Source: Vulcanimicrobiota bacterium
GTDB lineage: Bacteria > Vulcanimicrobiota > Vulcanimicrobiia > Vulcanimicrobiales > Vulcanimicrobiaceae
DNA length: 64,000 nt
NCBI GenBank assembly: GCA_963733295.1
Contig: CAVTCS010000003.1
Span: forward strand, 1,728,001-1,792,000
Direction: 5' to 3'
The position numbers and the translations under genes were made by a program. Position 1 is the first letter of the stretch. Every line of letters starts with the position of its first letter. The notes below the pieces were generated by a model, which was given only the letters and a program-made list of their open reading frames with translations, did no database searches and was not told the origin of the DNA. Shown piece by piece: positions 28,481-37,055 of the stretch.

Positions 28481-29325
28481 AAGCGTACCAGGCCGAATAT
28501 CCTATCGCTATGATGTGCCGGGTTCTCGGGGTCTCGCCCAGTGGCTACTACGCTTGGCGCCTGCGGGCTCCGTCGAAGCGCCGGCAATCCGATCTCTTGC
28601 TCGGCGACAAGATTGAGGCATTCTATCGGGAGTCGGATTCCATTTACGGTCGGCCGCGCATTCATGCCGATCTGCGCGAGGCCGGGATCTCCGTCTCCGG
28701 CAAGCGCGTAGCCCGACTGATGCGCGAACGCAATATTCACGGTATTTCGCGCCGCAAATGGACGACAACGACGATCCGAAATCCGGACGCGCGCCCTGCT
28801 CCTGATTTGGTCGACCGCAAGTTCGTCGCAGATAGTCCAAACAAGTTGTGGGTCGCCGACATCACCTACGTCCCGACATGGGCCGGTTTTCTATATCTTG
28901 CCATCGTTCTCGACGTGTTCAGTCGACGCGTTGTCGGTTGGGCAATGGCTAATCACCTGCGCACCGAGCTCGTCCTTGACGCGCTCGATATGGCGATCTA
29001 TCGGCGGCAGCCCTCCAACGTTGTCCATCATTCCGATCAGGGAACCCAATACACCTCAATTGCTTTCAGTCAGCGCTGCCGCGAGGCCGGCATTCAACCA
29101 TCGATGGGATCGGTAGGAGATTGCTACGACAACGCGATGTGCGAAAGCTTCAATGCGACGCTGGAATGCGAGTTGCTCCAACGCCGCAGCTTCAAGAGCC
29201 AGCGCGAGGCTTCGATCGCCGTATTCGAATTCATCGAAGGCTGGTACAACCCCAAACGTCGGCACTCTGCGCTCGGCTATCTCTCACCCAGCAACTACGA
29301 GCGGCGGATGAGCGAAGCTGCCTAA
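28477..29325 (+). CDS. IS3 transposase OrfB (DDE integrase core)
   Basis: WVADITY, HHSDQGTQY, DNAMCESF, WYNPKRRHSALGY. Confidence 0.95.
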   Translation: MKAYQAEYPIAMMCRVLGVSPSGYYAWRLRAPSKRRQSDLLLGDKIEAFYRESDSIYGRPRIHADLREAGISVSGKRVARLMRERNIHGISRRKWTTTTIRNPDARPAPDLVDRKFVADSPNKLWVADITYVPTWAGFLYLAIVLDVFSRRVVGWAMANHLRTELVLDALDMAIYRRQPSNVVHHSDQGTQYTSIAFSQRCREAGIQPSMGSVGDCYDNAMCESFNATLECELLQRRSFKSQREASIAVFEFIEGWYNPKRRHSALGYLSPSNYERRMSEAA

Positions 29326-29365
29326 TGTCCAATTCCCAACTATCCACGGAACCGGGTCAACTCCA

Positions 29366-29630
29366 GTACACCGGGTACCCCGATTAGTGGACGAACGATC
29401 AGTTGTCGGATCGAGGACGGATTATTATCTCTAGGCGATACTCCAATGGCATGAGGTATTTTCGGCCAAAGGGATTGTGGAAGAGCGCGGGTCACCGGGA
29501 CTGAAACGATCGGTACCTTTCCGGATGCGTCGCGTGGGGCACCCGCGCTCGCCGGAAGCCACGAGACGAACATCGTCGTCGCAAGGACCCACGTTAACCG
29601 TTTGCGCAATACGAATACACGACCACTCAT
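29366..29630 (-). pseudogene. Probable N-terminus (Sec signal peptide) of the disrupted RHS gene
   Basis: MSGRVFVLRKRLTWVLATTMFVSWLPASAGA signal-like sequence; same strand as the RHS fragment; runs straight into the IS end. Confidence 0.55.
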
Positions 29631-30150
29631 GAAGCAGCCCCTCCGAAAGCAAGACGACCGCGCAGCCAGTAAAAGGAAACAACCTCCACCGACTACGTTG
29701 TTGAACAGTAGTCCTGATGGAACAATGAACAATAGGCGAACGGCTCAGTGAAGTGGGATGTGCGTGAGATCACCGGAGAAAAACGGCGCCGGGCCGCACG
29801 CGGCTCATCTAGCCATCAGGAGCTGGCCGCGGCGATAATTTGAGACTGAGAGTTTCTCTCAAACAGGCGGCAATCAAACGGAAAGCTTCGGAGGTTAAGC
29901 TTGCGCTATGAAGACCTGCACGTTACTGCTAGAGGAGGACATCGCCGGATCCATCAAAGCGCCTCCTCAATAGGATCGAATGAGTGCGCATTCTTCGAAG
30001 TGCGATCTGCTTCCGCAGCACTACGACGCGCGATTCTGCCCTCCGAAATCTCCGTGCCAGGCTGCTGAGAGAAGGGGGCCGCGCGTTGCCGAATCATTCG
30101 CTCCGCCCGCCCTGACGCAAGTTGGCACCTGACCGAGTGTCCCTTCGACG

Positions 30151-30654
30151 CTACCGGCGCCGGAGCGTAAGGAGCACTTCTTCGATCGTCGCGGCGCGGG
30201 CGTGCGCATACCCGGCGTCGTGGCCGGTGACCTCAAAACCGCACTTCTGGAGCACGCGAAGCGAGGCAAGGTTGTCTTTCGCCGCGCGAGCGTAGAGCGG
30301 ACGTTCCTCAACGAGTAGCAAGAAGGCGGCGAGCGCCCTGCTTGCGAGACCGCGGCCCCAGAACTCGCGCCCGAGCCAATAGGTCACTTCGCGTTCGCTC
30401 GGAGGACCAAAGGCTGCCACATGGCCGGCGATGCGTCCGTCCGCCACGATCGTCTTCATGACGATGCTGCGATCGGCGCGGTTCTTCGACCAGTGGGCTT
30501 CGAAGGCGGAACGGTCGGTCGGATCCTTCGCGGTGAAGGCGGCCATTGCGACGCCCTCGGGTTCGCGTTGCTGCTCGAAGAAAATAGGAAGATCCGCGTC
30601 GACGACGTCGCGCAGTTTAAGGTCGTGCCGCCGGCCAAGACGAATTTTGTGCAT
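30151..30654 (-). CDS. GNAT N-acetyltransferase (RimJ/RimL-like)
   Basis: TYWLGREFWGRGLAS and DNLASLRVLQKCGF motifs. Confidence 0.9.
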   Translation of the reverse strand: MHKIRLGRRHDLKLRDVVDADLPIFFEQQREPEGVAMAAFTAKDPTDRSAFEAHWSKNRADRSIVMKTIVADGRIAGHVAAFGPPSEREVTYWLGREFWGRGLASRALAAFLLLVEERPLYARAAKDNLASLRVLQKCGFEVTGHDAGYAHARAATIEEVLLTLRRR

Positions 30655-30976
30655 AGTGACCTGAGACCCGGGATTATCCCACGAAGACGGGCGATGGCTG
30701 CGATTTTGATGAGATCACGGACAAACTCCTCGGGAGTTCGACGCCGCAGCCAACAGCGTATCGATCCTATAATCCTTTGACGGCCGACGACCTTGACTGA
30801 GGCGCCGATAAGGTTGCTGGCTTAAGCGCGATCATGAAGAGGAAACTCTTTGGTTGAGCTATTCCCGCGACCTGAGGGCATTCGCGTTGCTGATAACTGA
30901 GAGGGTTGGATAGTTTGAAAGCGCCAAGGGTTGGCGAACGTCGCCCGCGCGTAGCGCCCAAACCAAGCCATAGGAT

Positions 30977-31354
30977 TCAGTCACCCGTCGGAACTATGCC
31001 GATCCGCTCCACCATCACGACAACCGACGTTTCGGGTGAGCGCGGGCGGTGCATCGTGCCCTTTGGGACGTTGAAGCCTTGGTTCTTCCGGAGCAGCACC
31101 GGCTCGCGGCCCTCTGCGTCCATGTAAAGCTCTCCATCGAGGACGAGAAAGAACTCGTCCTGGTCGTCGTGCTTATGCCAAGGAAACTCGCCTTTGAAGA
31201 TCCCAAGACGAACGACCGCATCATTCACCGTCGTCAGCGTTTGATTGAACCAAGGTTCGTGAGTCGCGACCTCATGGGGAATATCGATGACGGTCAATTT
31301 TCCGTATTTCTCGTCCTCGCAATTGGTAAATCCGATGGCCTGTAATTCGCTCAC
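30977..31354 (-). CDS. Cupin domain protein
   Basis: GEFPWHKHDDQDEFFLVLDG and VPKGTMHRP motifs. Confidence 0.9.
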   Translation of the reverse strand: MSELQAIGFTNCEDEKYGKLTVIDIPHEVATHEPWFNQTLTTVNDAVVRLGIFKGEFPWHKHDDQDEFFLVLDGELYMDAEGREPVLLRKNQGFNVPKGTMHRPRSPETSVVVMVERIGIVPTGD

Positions 31355-31364
31355 AAAGACTCCC

Positions 31365-31937
31365 TCAGTTGCTGCGGGTCCCGCTCAATCGTTCCCAGAA
31401 GCGGCGCGGCCGTTCCTGGGCAGCTCGAACCTGTTCCTCGACTTCGCGCGTTTCGACGATCTCGAACACGCGTAGCTTGTAACGCGGATCGTACCGGCGG
31501 CGGCTGCAACGGCCGCACGAGACGTTGCCGGGCGGGCGCCGCTTGCGCAAGAGTTCGGTTTGGCAGGCGTCGCAGCGTAAGATGAAGCGCCGCGTGCTCT
31601 CTTTGCGCGGTGCGGCGGATCCCATGTCGTGGTAGATCGAGCTCAAGCCCAGCTCGCGCATCTTGCGCTTGAAAGCCGCACTATGGCCCGGGTCCTTCCC
31701 GCGCGCGTAGAGCCACCCGTGAATCATCTCGTGCAGGAGCGTCTCGCGCAGCCCGTCCGGATTCTTTTCGAAGTGCTTCGCCGAGAGCTCGATCAGCGGC
31801 GGCTTGTAGGTTATCCGGCCCGCCATGTTCGAGAACCGAGCGTTGTACGCGATCCGGTGCGCCGGAATTTCGCCGCCGAAATGCTGGTTGTTGAGCTGGG
31901 CGAACAGGAGCTGAAGTTCGGATTCGGGGAGCAGCAC
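31365..31937 (-). CDS. SprT-like zinc metalloprotease
   Basis: TLLHEMIH, GH...F, and CxxC...CxxC zinc ribbon. Confidence 0.9.
   Translation of the reverse strand: MLLPESELQLLFAQLNNQHFGGEIPAHRIAYNARFSNMAGRITYKPPLIELSAKHFEKNPDGLRETLLHEMIHGWLYARGKDPGHSAAFKRKMRELGLSSIYHDMGSAAPRKESTRRFILRCDACQTELLRKRRPPGNVSCGRCSRRRYDPRYKLRVFEIVETREVEEQVRAAQERPRRFWERLSGTRSN
31380..31420 (-). repeat. Right island boundary repeat (current sprT 3' end)
   Basis: Partner of the repeat at 26192-26232. Confidence 0.85.
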
Positions 31938-32015
31938 GCTTTCGAGGCTTTGTACGCGCCCACGAGAACATCCCTGCTCGTGACTCGCGGACCTTCACGC
32001 GGCCTTCCGCCGCGC

Positions 32016-32670
32016 ATGTACATCCCGATCCTGGTCGTGACGATGCTCGTCTTCGGCGGGATCCTCACGTACTTCTTACGGATCGGCTTGAGCACGACCG
32101 GCTCGGCGTTCGGACCGGGCGTCGCGCAGCAAGGCGACTCGAACATTCAAGCAACCCCCGTGCCCGGCGAAGTCGTCGTCCCGCAAAGCGGCGGCGCGCC
32201 CGGGAATTCGGTCGGCGGCGGTTCGCCGCCCATGGCAGCCGCCGGGGCCCCTCCCGCGCCGGTCCAGCGCTTGCTTACCGAGCTGAAGGGACGCGTCGCG
32301 CGCAACCCGCACGACGTTTCGGCGTTGGCCGGGCTCGCTTCGTTGTACTTCGACGCAGGCAAATTCGATCGGGCTCTTCCTTACTATAAGAGCGCGCTCG
32401 CGCTCGACCCGGCCAACCCCGAACTCCGGACCGACTACGCGAGCGCCCTGCACGGTGCGAACCAAGACCCAGTGGCGCTCGCGCAACTCGAGATCGTACT
32501 GAACGCAAAGCCCGACTTTGCGCCCGCGCTTTTGGACGAGGGCATCGTCGCGAGCGCAGATCGGACGGCGCTCCGAAGCCGTCGAGGCTTATCAGAAATT
32601 CTTGAGGGTCGCACCAAACGACCCGCACGCCGACGATGCTCGCGACGCCTTGAAGCACCTCGGAGCTTGA
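32016..32670 (+). CDS. Membrane-anchored TPR protein with an apparent +1 frameshift near 32558
   Basis: N-terminal TM segment and TPRs (LASLYFDAGKFDRALPYYKSALALDP). Removing one base restores IGRRSEAVEAYQKFLRVAPNDPHADDARDALKHLGA-stop at 32670. Confidence 0.75.
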
Positions 32671-32671
32671 G

Positions 32672-33505
32672 GTGAACCTCTACATCTCGGCCGACATGGA
32701 AGGCACGGCGGCGGTGGCTTCGTGGACGCAAGTCGATCCGAAGAACGCCGCCGAATATCCGGAGTACCGGCGCTACATGTCACTCGAGGTCCGCGCCGCC
32801 ATCGACGGCGCGCGCGAGGCCGGCGTAACGGGCGTGCTGATCAACGATTCGCATTCGGCGATGCGCAACGTGATGTGGGACGAACTCCCCGACGACGTGC
32901 GCATGATCTACGGCAACCGCAAACCCTTCTCGATGGCCGAAGGCATCGGTTCGCAGTTCAGCGCCGGCTTCTTCACCGGGTACCACGCCGGCATCGGCAC
33001 GCGCGACGGGACGCTCGACCACACCTACTCGCCCGACACGATCTATAACGTGCGCATCAACGGAACGCGCTGCAACGAGGCCCTGCTCAATGCGGCGATG
33101 CTTGGCGTGCACGGAGTGCCGGTCGTTCTGATTTCGGGCGACCGCGCGGTCGTGGAAGAGACGGTTGCGGCGTTGCCCTGGGTTACCGGCGTCATCGTCA
33201 AGGAATCGATCGGACGCTATTCGGTGAACTCGCTCTCGCCGGGGCTCGCGCAGCAGCGGATTCGCGAAGGCGCACGCAACGCTATCGAACACATCGCGCG
33301 AGCCAAGCCTTTCGTCTTCGAACCGCCGATAGCCCTCGAGATCGATTTCGCCGGGACGCAGAACGCGGACTTCGCCGAACTGATTCCCGGCTTCGATCGT
33401 ATCGGCGGACGCACGACCCGTTTCGTGCACGACGACTACCGCGTCGTCTTCCGGGCATTCATGGCTGCGATGCGTCTTGGCGGCGGCGCGACCACCCCCG
33501 TCTAG
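32672..33505 (+). CDS. M55-family D-aminopeptidase (DppA-like)
   Basis: YISADMEG, INDSH, GYHA, LDHTY, SGD motifs. Confidence 0.93.
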   Translation: MNLYISADMEGTAAVASWTQVDPKNAAEYPEYRRYMSLEVRAAIDGAREAGVTGVLINDSHSAMRNVMWDELPDDVRMIYGNRKPFSMAEGIGSQFSAGFFTGYHAGIGTRDGTLDHTYSPDTIYNVRINGTRCNEALLNAAMLGVHGVPVVLISGDRAVVEETVAALPWVTGVIVKESIGRYSVNSLSPGLAQQRIREGARNAIEHIARAKPFVFEPPIALEIDFAGTQNADFAELIPGFDRIGGRTTRFVHDDYRVVFRAFMAAMRLGGGATTPV

Positions 33506-33506
33506 C

Positions 33507-34301
33507 GTGCCGACGGTCGCGTTTCAGGGTGAGCCGGGGGCTTTCAGCGACGACGCCGCGCGGCAGCTCGTCGCCGGCGCCGCAACGCGCGGTTACGGCA
33601 CGTTCGACGGCGCCGCGCGCGCCGCGCAAACCGGTGAGACGGATTTCGCGTTGCTGCCGGTCGAGAACTCGATCTCGGGCGCGGTGCCGCGCGTGTACGA
33701 TTTGCTTTGGGACGATGCACGGCTGCAGATCGTCGACGAGATCGTGTACCGCGTCGTGCAGAACTTGATCGGTTTGCCCCATGCGACCATCGACGGCCTA
33801 CGTGAGGTTCGCTCGCACCCTGTCGCGCTCGAACAGTGCCGTGCGTTTCTGGCCGAGCATCCGAAGATGCGCCCCGTGATCGTCGCAGACACCGCCGGCG
33901 CCGTGCGGGAGATCACCGAACTCAAGGATCCCGGCGTCGGCGCGATCGCGTCACAGCTTGCCGCGGAGCGCTACGGTGCCGTCGTGCTGGCCGAGGCGGT
34001 CCAGGACGTGCCGAACAATTTCACCCGGTTCTTCCTTTTAAAGCGCGATGCCGAACCTGTCGCCGCCCCGACGCGTGCTTGCGTCGCACTGTCGCTCGCG
34101 CATCGGCCCGGTTCGCTGCGCGACGCGCTCTCGACGTTCGCCGACGCCGATCTCAACCTGCGCACGCTCGTCTCGCGCCCCTCACCCGACGAACCGTTCA
34201 CCTACCGCTTCTACTGCGAAGTCGAGCCGATCGAACGCGAAGCGCTAACCCGAGTCCTCGACCACATCGACGGCTCGGTGCACGTCCTCGGAATTTACTG
34301 A
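33507..34301 (+). CDS. pheA: Prephenate dehydratase
   Basis: VAFQGEPGAFS, PVENSISG, SHPVALEQC, NFTRF, C-terminal ACT domain. GTG start at 33507. Confidence 0.93.
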   Translation: MPTVAFQGEPGAFSDDAARQLVAGAATRGYGTFDGAARAAQTGETDFALLPVENSISGAVPRVYDLLWDDARLQIVDEIVYRVVQNLIGLPHATIDGLREVRSHPVALEQCRAFLAEHPKMRPVIVADTAGAVREITELKDPGVGAIASQLAAERYGAVVLAEAVQDVPNNFTRFFLLKRDAEPVAAPTRACVALSLAHRPGSLRDALSTFADADLNLRTLVSRPSPDEPFTYRFYCEVEPIEREALTRVLDHIDGSVHVLGIY

Positions 34302-34394
34302 CGCGGCCTAGTACGCCCGTACCGTCACAGACCAGCCCTGTTTCAGTATAGTGAGACAACCGGACTTAATTACTAGGGCGGGAAAGGTTTCACG

Positions 34395-34796
34395 ATGCAA
34401 TCCAAGGGCACGATTTCGGATCCCGAGGTACCAGCCAAGGCTTCGCGCCGCCGATTCTCCGCAGCTGATAAGGCGCGGATTCTCGAAGAGTATGAGCAAG
34501 CGTCCTCCGTGGGGCGAGCGGCACTTTGCCGCCGCGAACGGATTTATTCATCGCATATCGCTGGTTGGCGAAAGCAGCTCGCTGGTGGCGCGCCGCTGGA
34601 GGCGAAACGCGGTCGTAAGCCCGATCCCAACGCTGTTGAGAACACGCGGCTGCGCAAAGAAAACGAGCGTCTGCAGCTACGCTTAGCTAAAGCGGAACGG
34701 ATTATCGCTGTCCAGGGAAAAGCCTACGCGCTCTTGCGTGCTGGAGTCGGCGAGAGCGCGGATCAGATGGACTTGCCGCCGTGGAACAAGTCGTAG
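34395..34796 (+). CDS. IS transposase OrfA
   Basis: RRRFSAADKARILEEY HTH and coiled coil RLRKENERL. Confidence 0.85.
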   Translation: MQSKGTISDPEVPAKASRRRFSAADKARILEEYEQASSVGRAALCRRERIYSSHIAGWRKQLAGGAPLEAKRGRKPDPNAVENTRLRKENERLQLRLAKAERIIAVQGKAYALLRAGVGESADQMDLPPWNKS

Positions 34797-35839
34797 TGAA
34801 TCTTGCCGTTGAGGTTGGCGAACGCCAAGCGTGCGAGCAGATGGGGCATTCCCGCGCGAGCTTTCGACGACGTCACCAACTCGTGCCGCGCTCTTCTCGA
34901 CAGCAGCGGCGTTATCAAGAACGGCTGGTCGAGCGCACTGAACGACGCGAGAAACGCGCCCGGCGCGGATCATCGTTAGCTCTGGACACCCGAGAGAACG
35001 AAGCAGTCTTGGACGCGGTTCACCAGCATCGATTCATCGATCGCAGCGTGCCCTATATTTACGCAACGCTCTTGGACGAAGGCGTCTATCATTGCTCGCT
35101 GTCCACGATGTATCGGGTTCTTCACCGCTCCGGGGAAGTCGGCGAGCGACGCGATCAAGCCACGCGTCCTGCGCACGTGAAGCCGGAATTGTGCGCAACC
35201 GCGCCGCGCGAGGTTTTTGCCTGGGATATCACCAAATTGCATGGTCCGCAGAAGTGGACGTATTTTTACCTCTACGTCATCGTCGACATCTATAGTCGCT
35301 ACGTCGTCGGCTGGATGGTCGCCGATCGTGAGAGCTCCGCGTTGGCACGCATGTTGCTCTCCGAAACGATCAAGAAAGAATGCGTAGATCCCAAGAAGCT
35401 CACCGTACATGCAGATCGCGGTAGCTCGATGACTTCGAAACCAGTCGCGTTCTTGCTCGCCGATCTCGGTGTAACCAAGAGCCATTCCCGCCCGCATGTT
35501 TCCGATGACAACCCGCACATCGAATCGTTCTTCAAAACTGCCAAGTACCAGCCGGAATTTCCCGCGACGTTTTCCAATATCGCAGAGGCACGAGCGTTCT
35601 GCCGCGCGTTCGTCGAATGGTATAACACGCAACATCGCCACAGCGCGCTCGCGCTTCTCGCTCCAGCTGACGTTCACTTCGGCCGCGCCGGCGCTCTCTT
35701 GGAGCGGCGGCAAGGCATTCTCGACGCTGCCTACACCGCGCATCCTGAGCGCTTCGTACGCGGCAAACCAAAAGCCGGCCAGCTACCCGTTGCATCGTAT
35801 ATCAATCGACCTGCCGAAATCGTCGACCAGGTCGCTTAA
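34781..35839 (+). CDS. IS3-family DDE transposase OrfB
   Basis: WDITKL, VDIYSRYVVGW, HADRGSSM, DNPHIESFFKT, WYNTQHRHS. Confidence 0.93.
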   Translation: MEQVVVNLAVEVGERQACEQMGHSRASFRRRHQLVPRSSRQQRRYQERLVERTERREKRARRGSSLALDTRENEAVLDAVHQHRFIDRSVPYIYATLLDEGVYHCSLSTMYRVLHRSGEVGERRDQATRPAHVKPELCATAPREVFAWDITKLHGPQKWTYFYLYVIVDIYSRYVVGWMVADRESSALARMLLSETIKKECVDPKKLTVHADRGSSMTSKPVAFLLADLGVTKSHSRPHVSDDNPHIESFFKTAKYQPEFPATFSNIAEARAFCRAFVEWYNTQHRHSALALLAPADVHFGRAGALLERRQGILDAAYTAHPERFVRGKPKAGQLPVASYINRPAEIVDQVA

Positions 35840-36069
35840 CACACTAAACTCAACACTTACGTGGACTCAAGCGTACTGAAAATTTCCGCAGCGTCGACTG
35901 GCAACAGTAAGCACTCGCATGAGTACAATATGGCTACCTTCGGCACTAAGCTTTGTTCGATCCAAGTCGTAGGGGCTCGGTGAGCGATTCACTACCGATC
36001 TAACAAGCGCGTGCGCCTTCGATAAACGTTAAGACATGAGATGGTGGTCAGGCGTCGTAATCCTCCTAA

Positions 36070-36831
36070 ATGTCGGTGCGCACTTGGCCTTCCCGACCCA
36101 CGCTGTTCACGTTGTTCTTGGGTGCATTGTGGCTAATCGGACGGCTCATTGACTCGTTCGACCGAGCGCACACTGTCGACGTATGGCTTGCGGCGAACAA
36201 GGACAACCTATACGGCCACCTTGGGGCGCAAGCGTTAGACAACGCTTGGGTCTTTCTTCTGCTCGGGCTTGTGTTGAGGTGGCACGATAATGAGGAGAGG
36301 CGGGATTTGAAGACCGAATCGACGGTGGAAGCGAAGAAACAAGTTACTCGAAGTCGTCGTTGGCAATCGATGCAGTGGCCAGCTCCCGAACAGTTTCCCG
36401 GCCGCACTCGGTTGGCCGTCCCGGAGGGTCAGGCTGTGCAAGTCTTCGAGGTCGCTCCAGGCAACTTTCAGGAGATTTCATGGGCTGGTGTGAGCATGCG
36501 CATAACTTACACCGGACAGTTTCGCAACGACGACAGCGCACTCGCAGTGCAGCTAAGGATTGAAGCGACGCGCGGTATGCTCGGCCCCTTAATAGTCAGC
36601 TGCGGCCCAGATGTCGTTTCAGGGCAAGACAATCTGTTCGTTGTCCCTGTCCAGCCCGTTCCTCTGTTAGGTGCGAACAGTGGGCCGGCGATGACAGAGA
36701 GTCAACGGATGGTCTATCATGTCGAGATGCGTCCCGACAACCAGTCATTCTTAGTCTTTGCACTCTACGGCGAGCATGTGAATAGCCAGAATGGCTTAGT
36801 CCGCCTTGTCGGCTTGTTCGCTTCGCGCTAG
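36070..36831 (+). CDS. Hypothetical protein with two N-terminal TM segments (cargo between inverted IS copies)
   Basis: 253-aa ORF with two hydrophobic stretches and atypical codon usage. Confidence 0.6.
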   Translation: MSVRTWPSRPTLFTLFLGALWLIGRLIDSFDRAHTVDVWLAANKDNLYGHLGAQALDNAWVFLLLGLVLRWHDNEERRDLKTESTVEAKKQVTRSRRWQSMQWPAPEQFPGRTRLAVPEGQAVQVFEVAPGNFQEISWAGVSMRITYTGQFRNDDSALAVQLRIEATRGMLGPLIVSCGPDVVSGQDNLFVVPVQPVPLLGANSGPAMTESQRMVYHVEMRPDNQSFLVFALYGEHVNSQNGLVRLVGLFASR

Positions 36832-36844
36832 GGCCAGCAACATC

Positions 36845-37023
36845 GGCCCGGACCTTTCAGCACGCTTACGTAATGTCGATCGGTGACCTGCGATCGGGGC
36901 TGCGCGGCGGGGGGACCGGACGTTTTAGGGCCCTTATGTAGTATCGATGTGGCTGAGTCATCGAGCCGCGATTGGGGCTGCGCGGTGGGGGGACCGGAAG
37001 TTTGCGCGTCGTTATGTAGTATC
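36845..37023. repeat. Three degenerate direct repeats, GG(A/C)CCGGA..TTT........TTA(T/C)GTA.T.TC
   Basis: Cores start at 36845, 36913 and 36991; 36891-36945 versus 36969-37023 match at 47/55. Confidence 0.8.
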
Positions 37024-37055
37024 CCGCCCAGAAACCAAGGGTTCTCATCAGACAC

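Larger units (their letters stand above)
28115..29365 (+). mobile_element. Complete IS3-family element (1251 bp)
   Basis: TG...CA ends; IRL TGGAGTTGACCCGGTTACGTGGA versus IRR (reverse complement) TGGAGTTGACCCGGTTCCGTGGA; A7G slippery site at 28414-28421; no target-site duplication. Confidence 0.95.
26233..31379. mobile_element. Integrase-less genomic island inserted in the 3' end of the sprT-like gene
   Basis: Flanked by 41-bp imperfect direct repeats; visibly AT-richer than the flanks; carries RHS/immunity, IS3, GNAT and cupin genes. Confidence 0.7.
34339..35890 (+). mobile_element. IS3-family element, copy 1 (ends approximate)
   Basis: OrfA plus DDE OrfB; imperfect terminal IR core TTTCAGTA..TGAG. 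Right end set where identity with copy 2 stops. Confidence 0.88.

Noticed and set aside
29700..30020. Long non-coding stretch with short inverted repeats (TTTGAGA...TCTCAAA), considered as an ncRNA or riboswitch
   Set aside because: No recognisable family motif; more simply the RHS promoter region or decayed DNA.
34308..34338. Possible 3' gene remnant (GWSVTVRAY-stop) next to pheA, with a weak match to 39787-39802
   Set aside because: The match is only about 12 nt, too short to support an att-like repeat.
35998..36035. attC-like ATCTAACAAGCGCGTGC...GTTAAGAC upstream of the cargo ORF
   Set aside because: Only about 37 bp, no L boxes, an imperfect GTTRRRY, no second site after the gene and no integron integrase.
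36845..37023. Repeats considered as a CRISPR array or dif/pdif sites
   Set aside because: The repeats are degenerate with partly repeated spacers and no cas genes. TTATGTAGTAT resembles a XerD arm, but no XerC arm sits 6 bp away.
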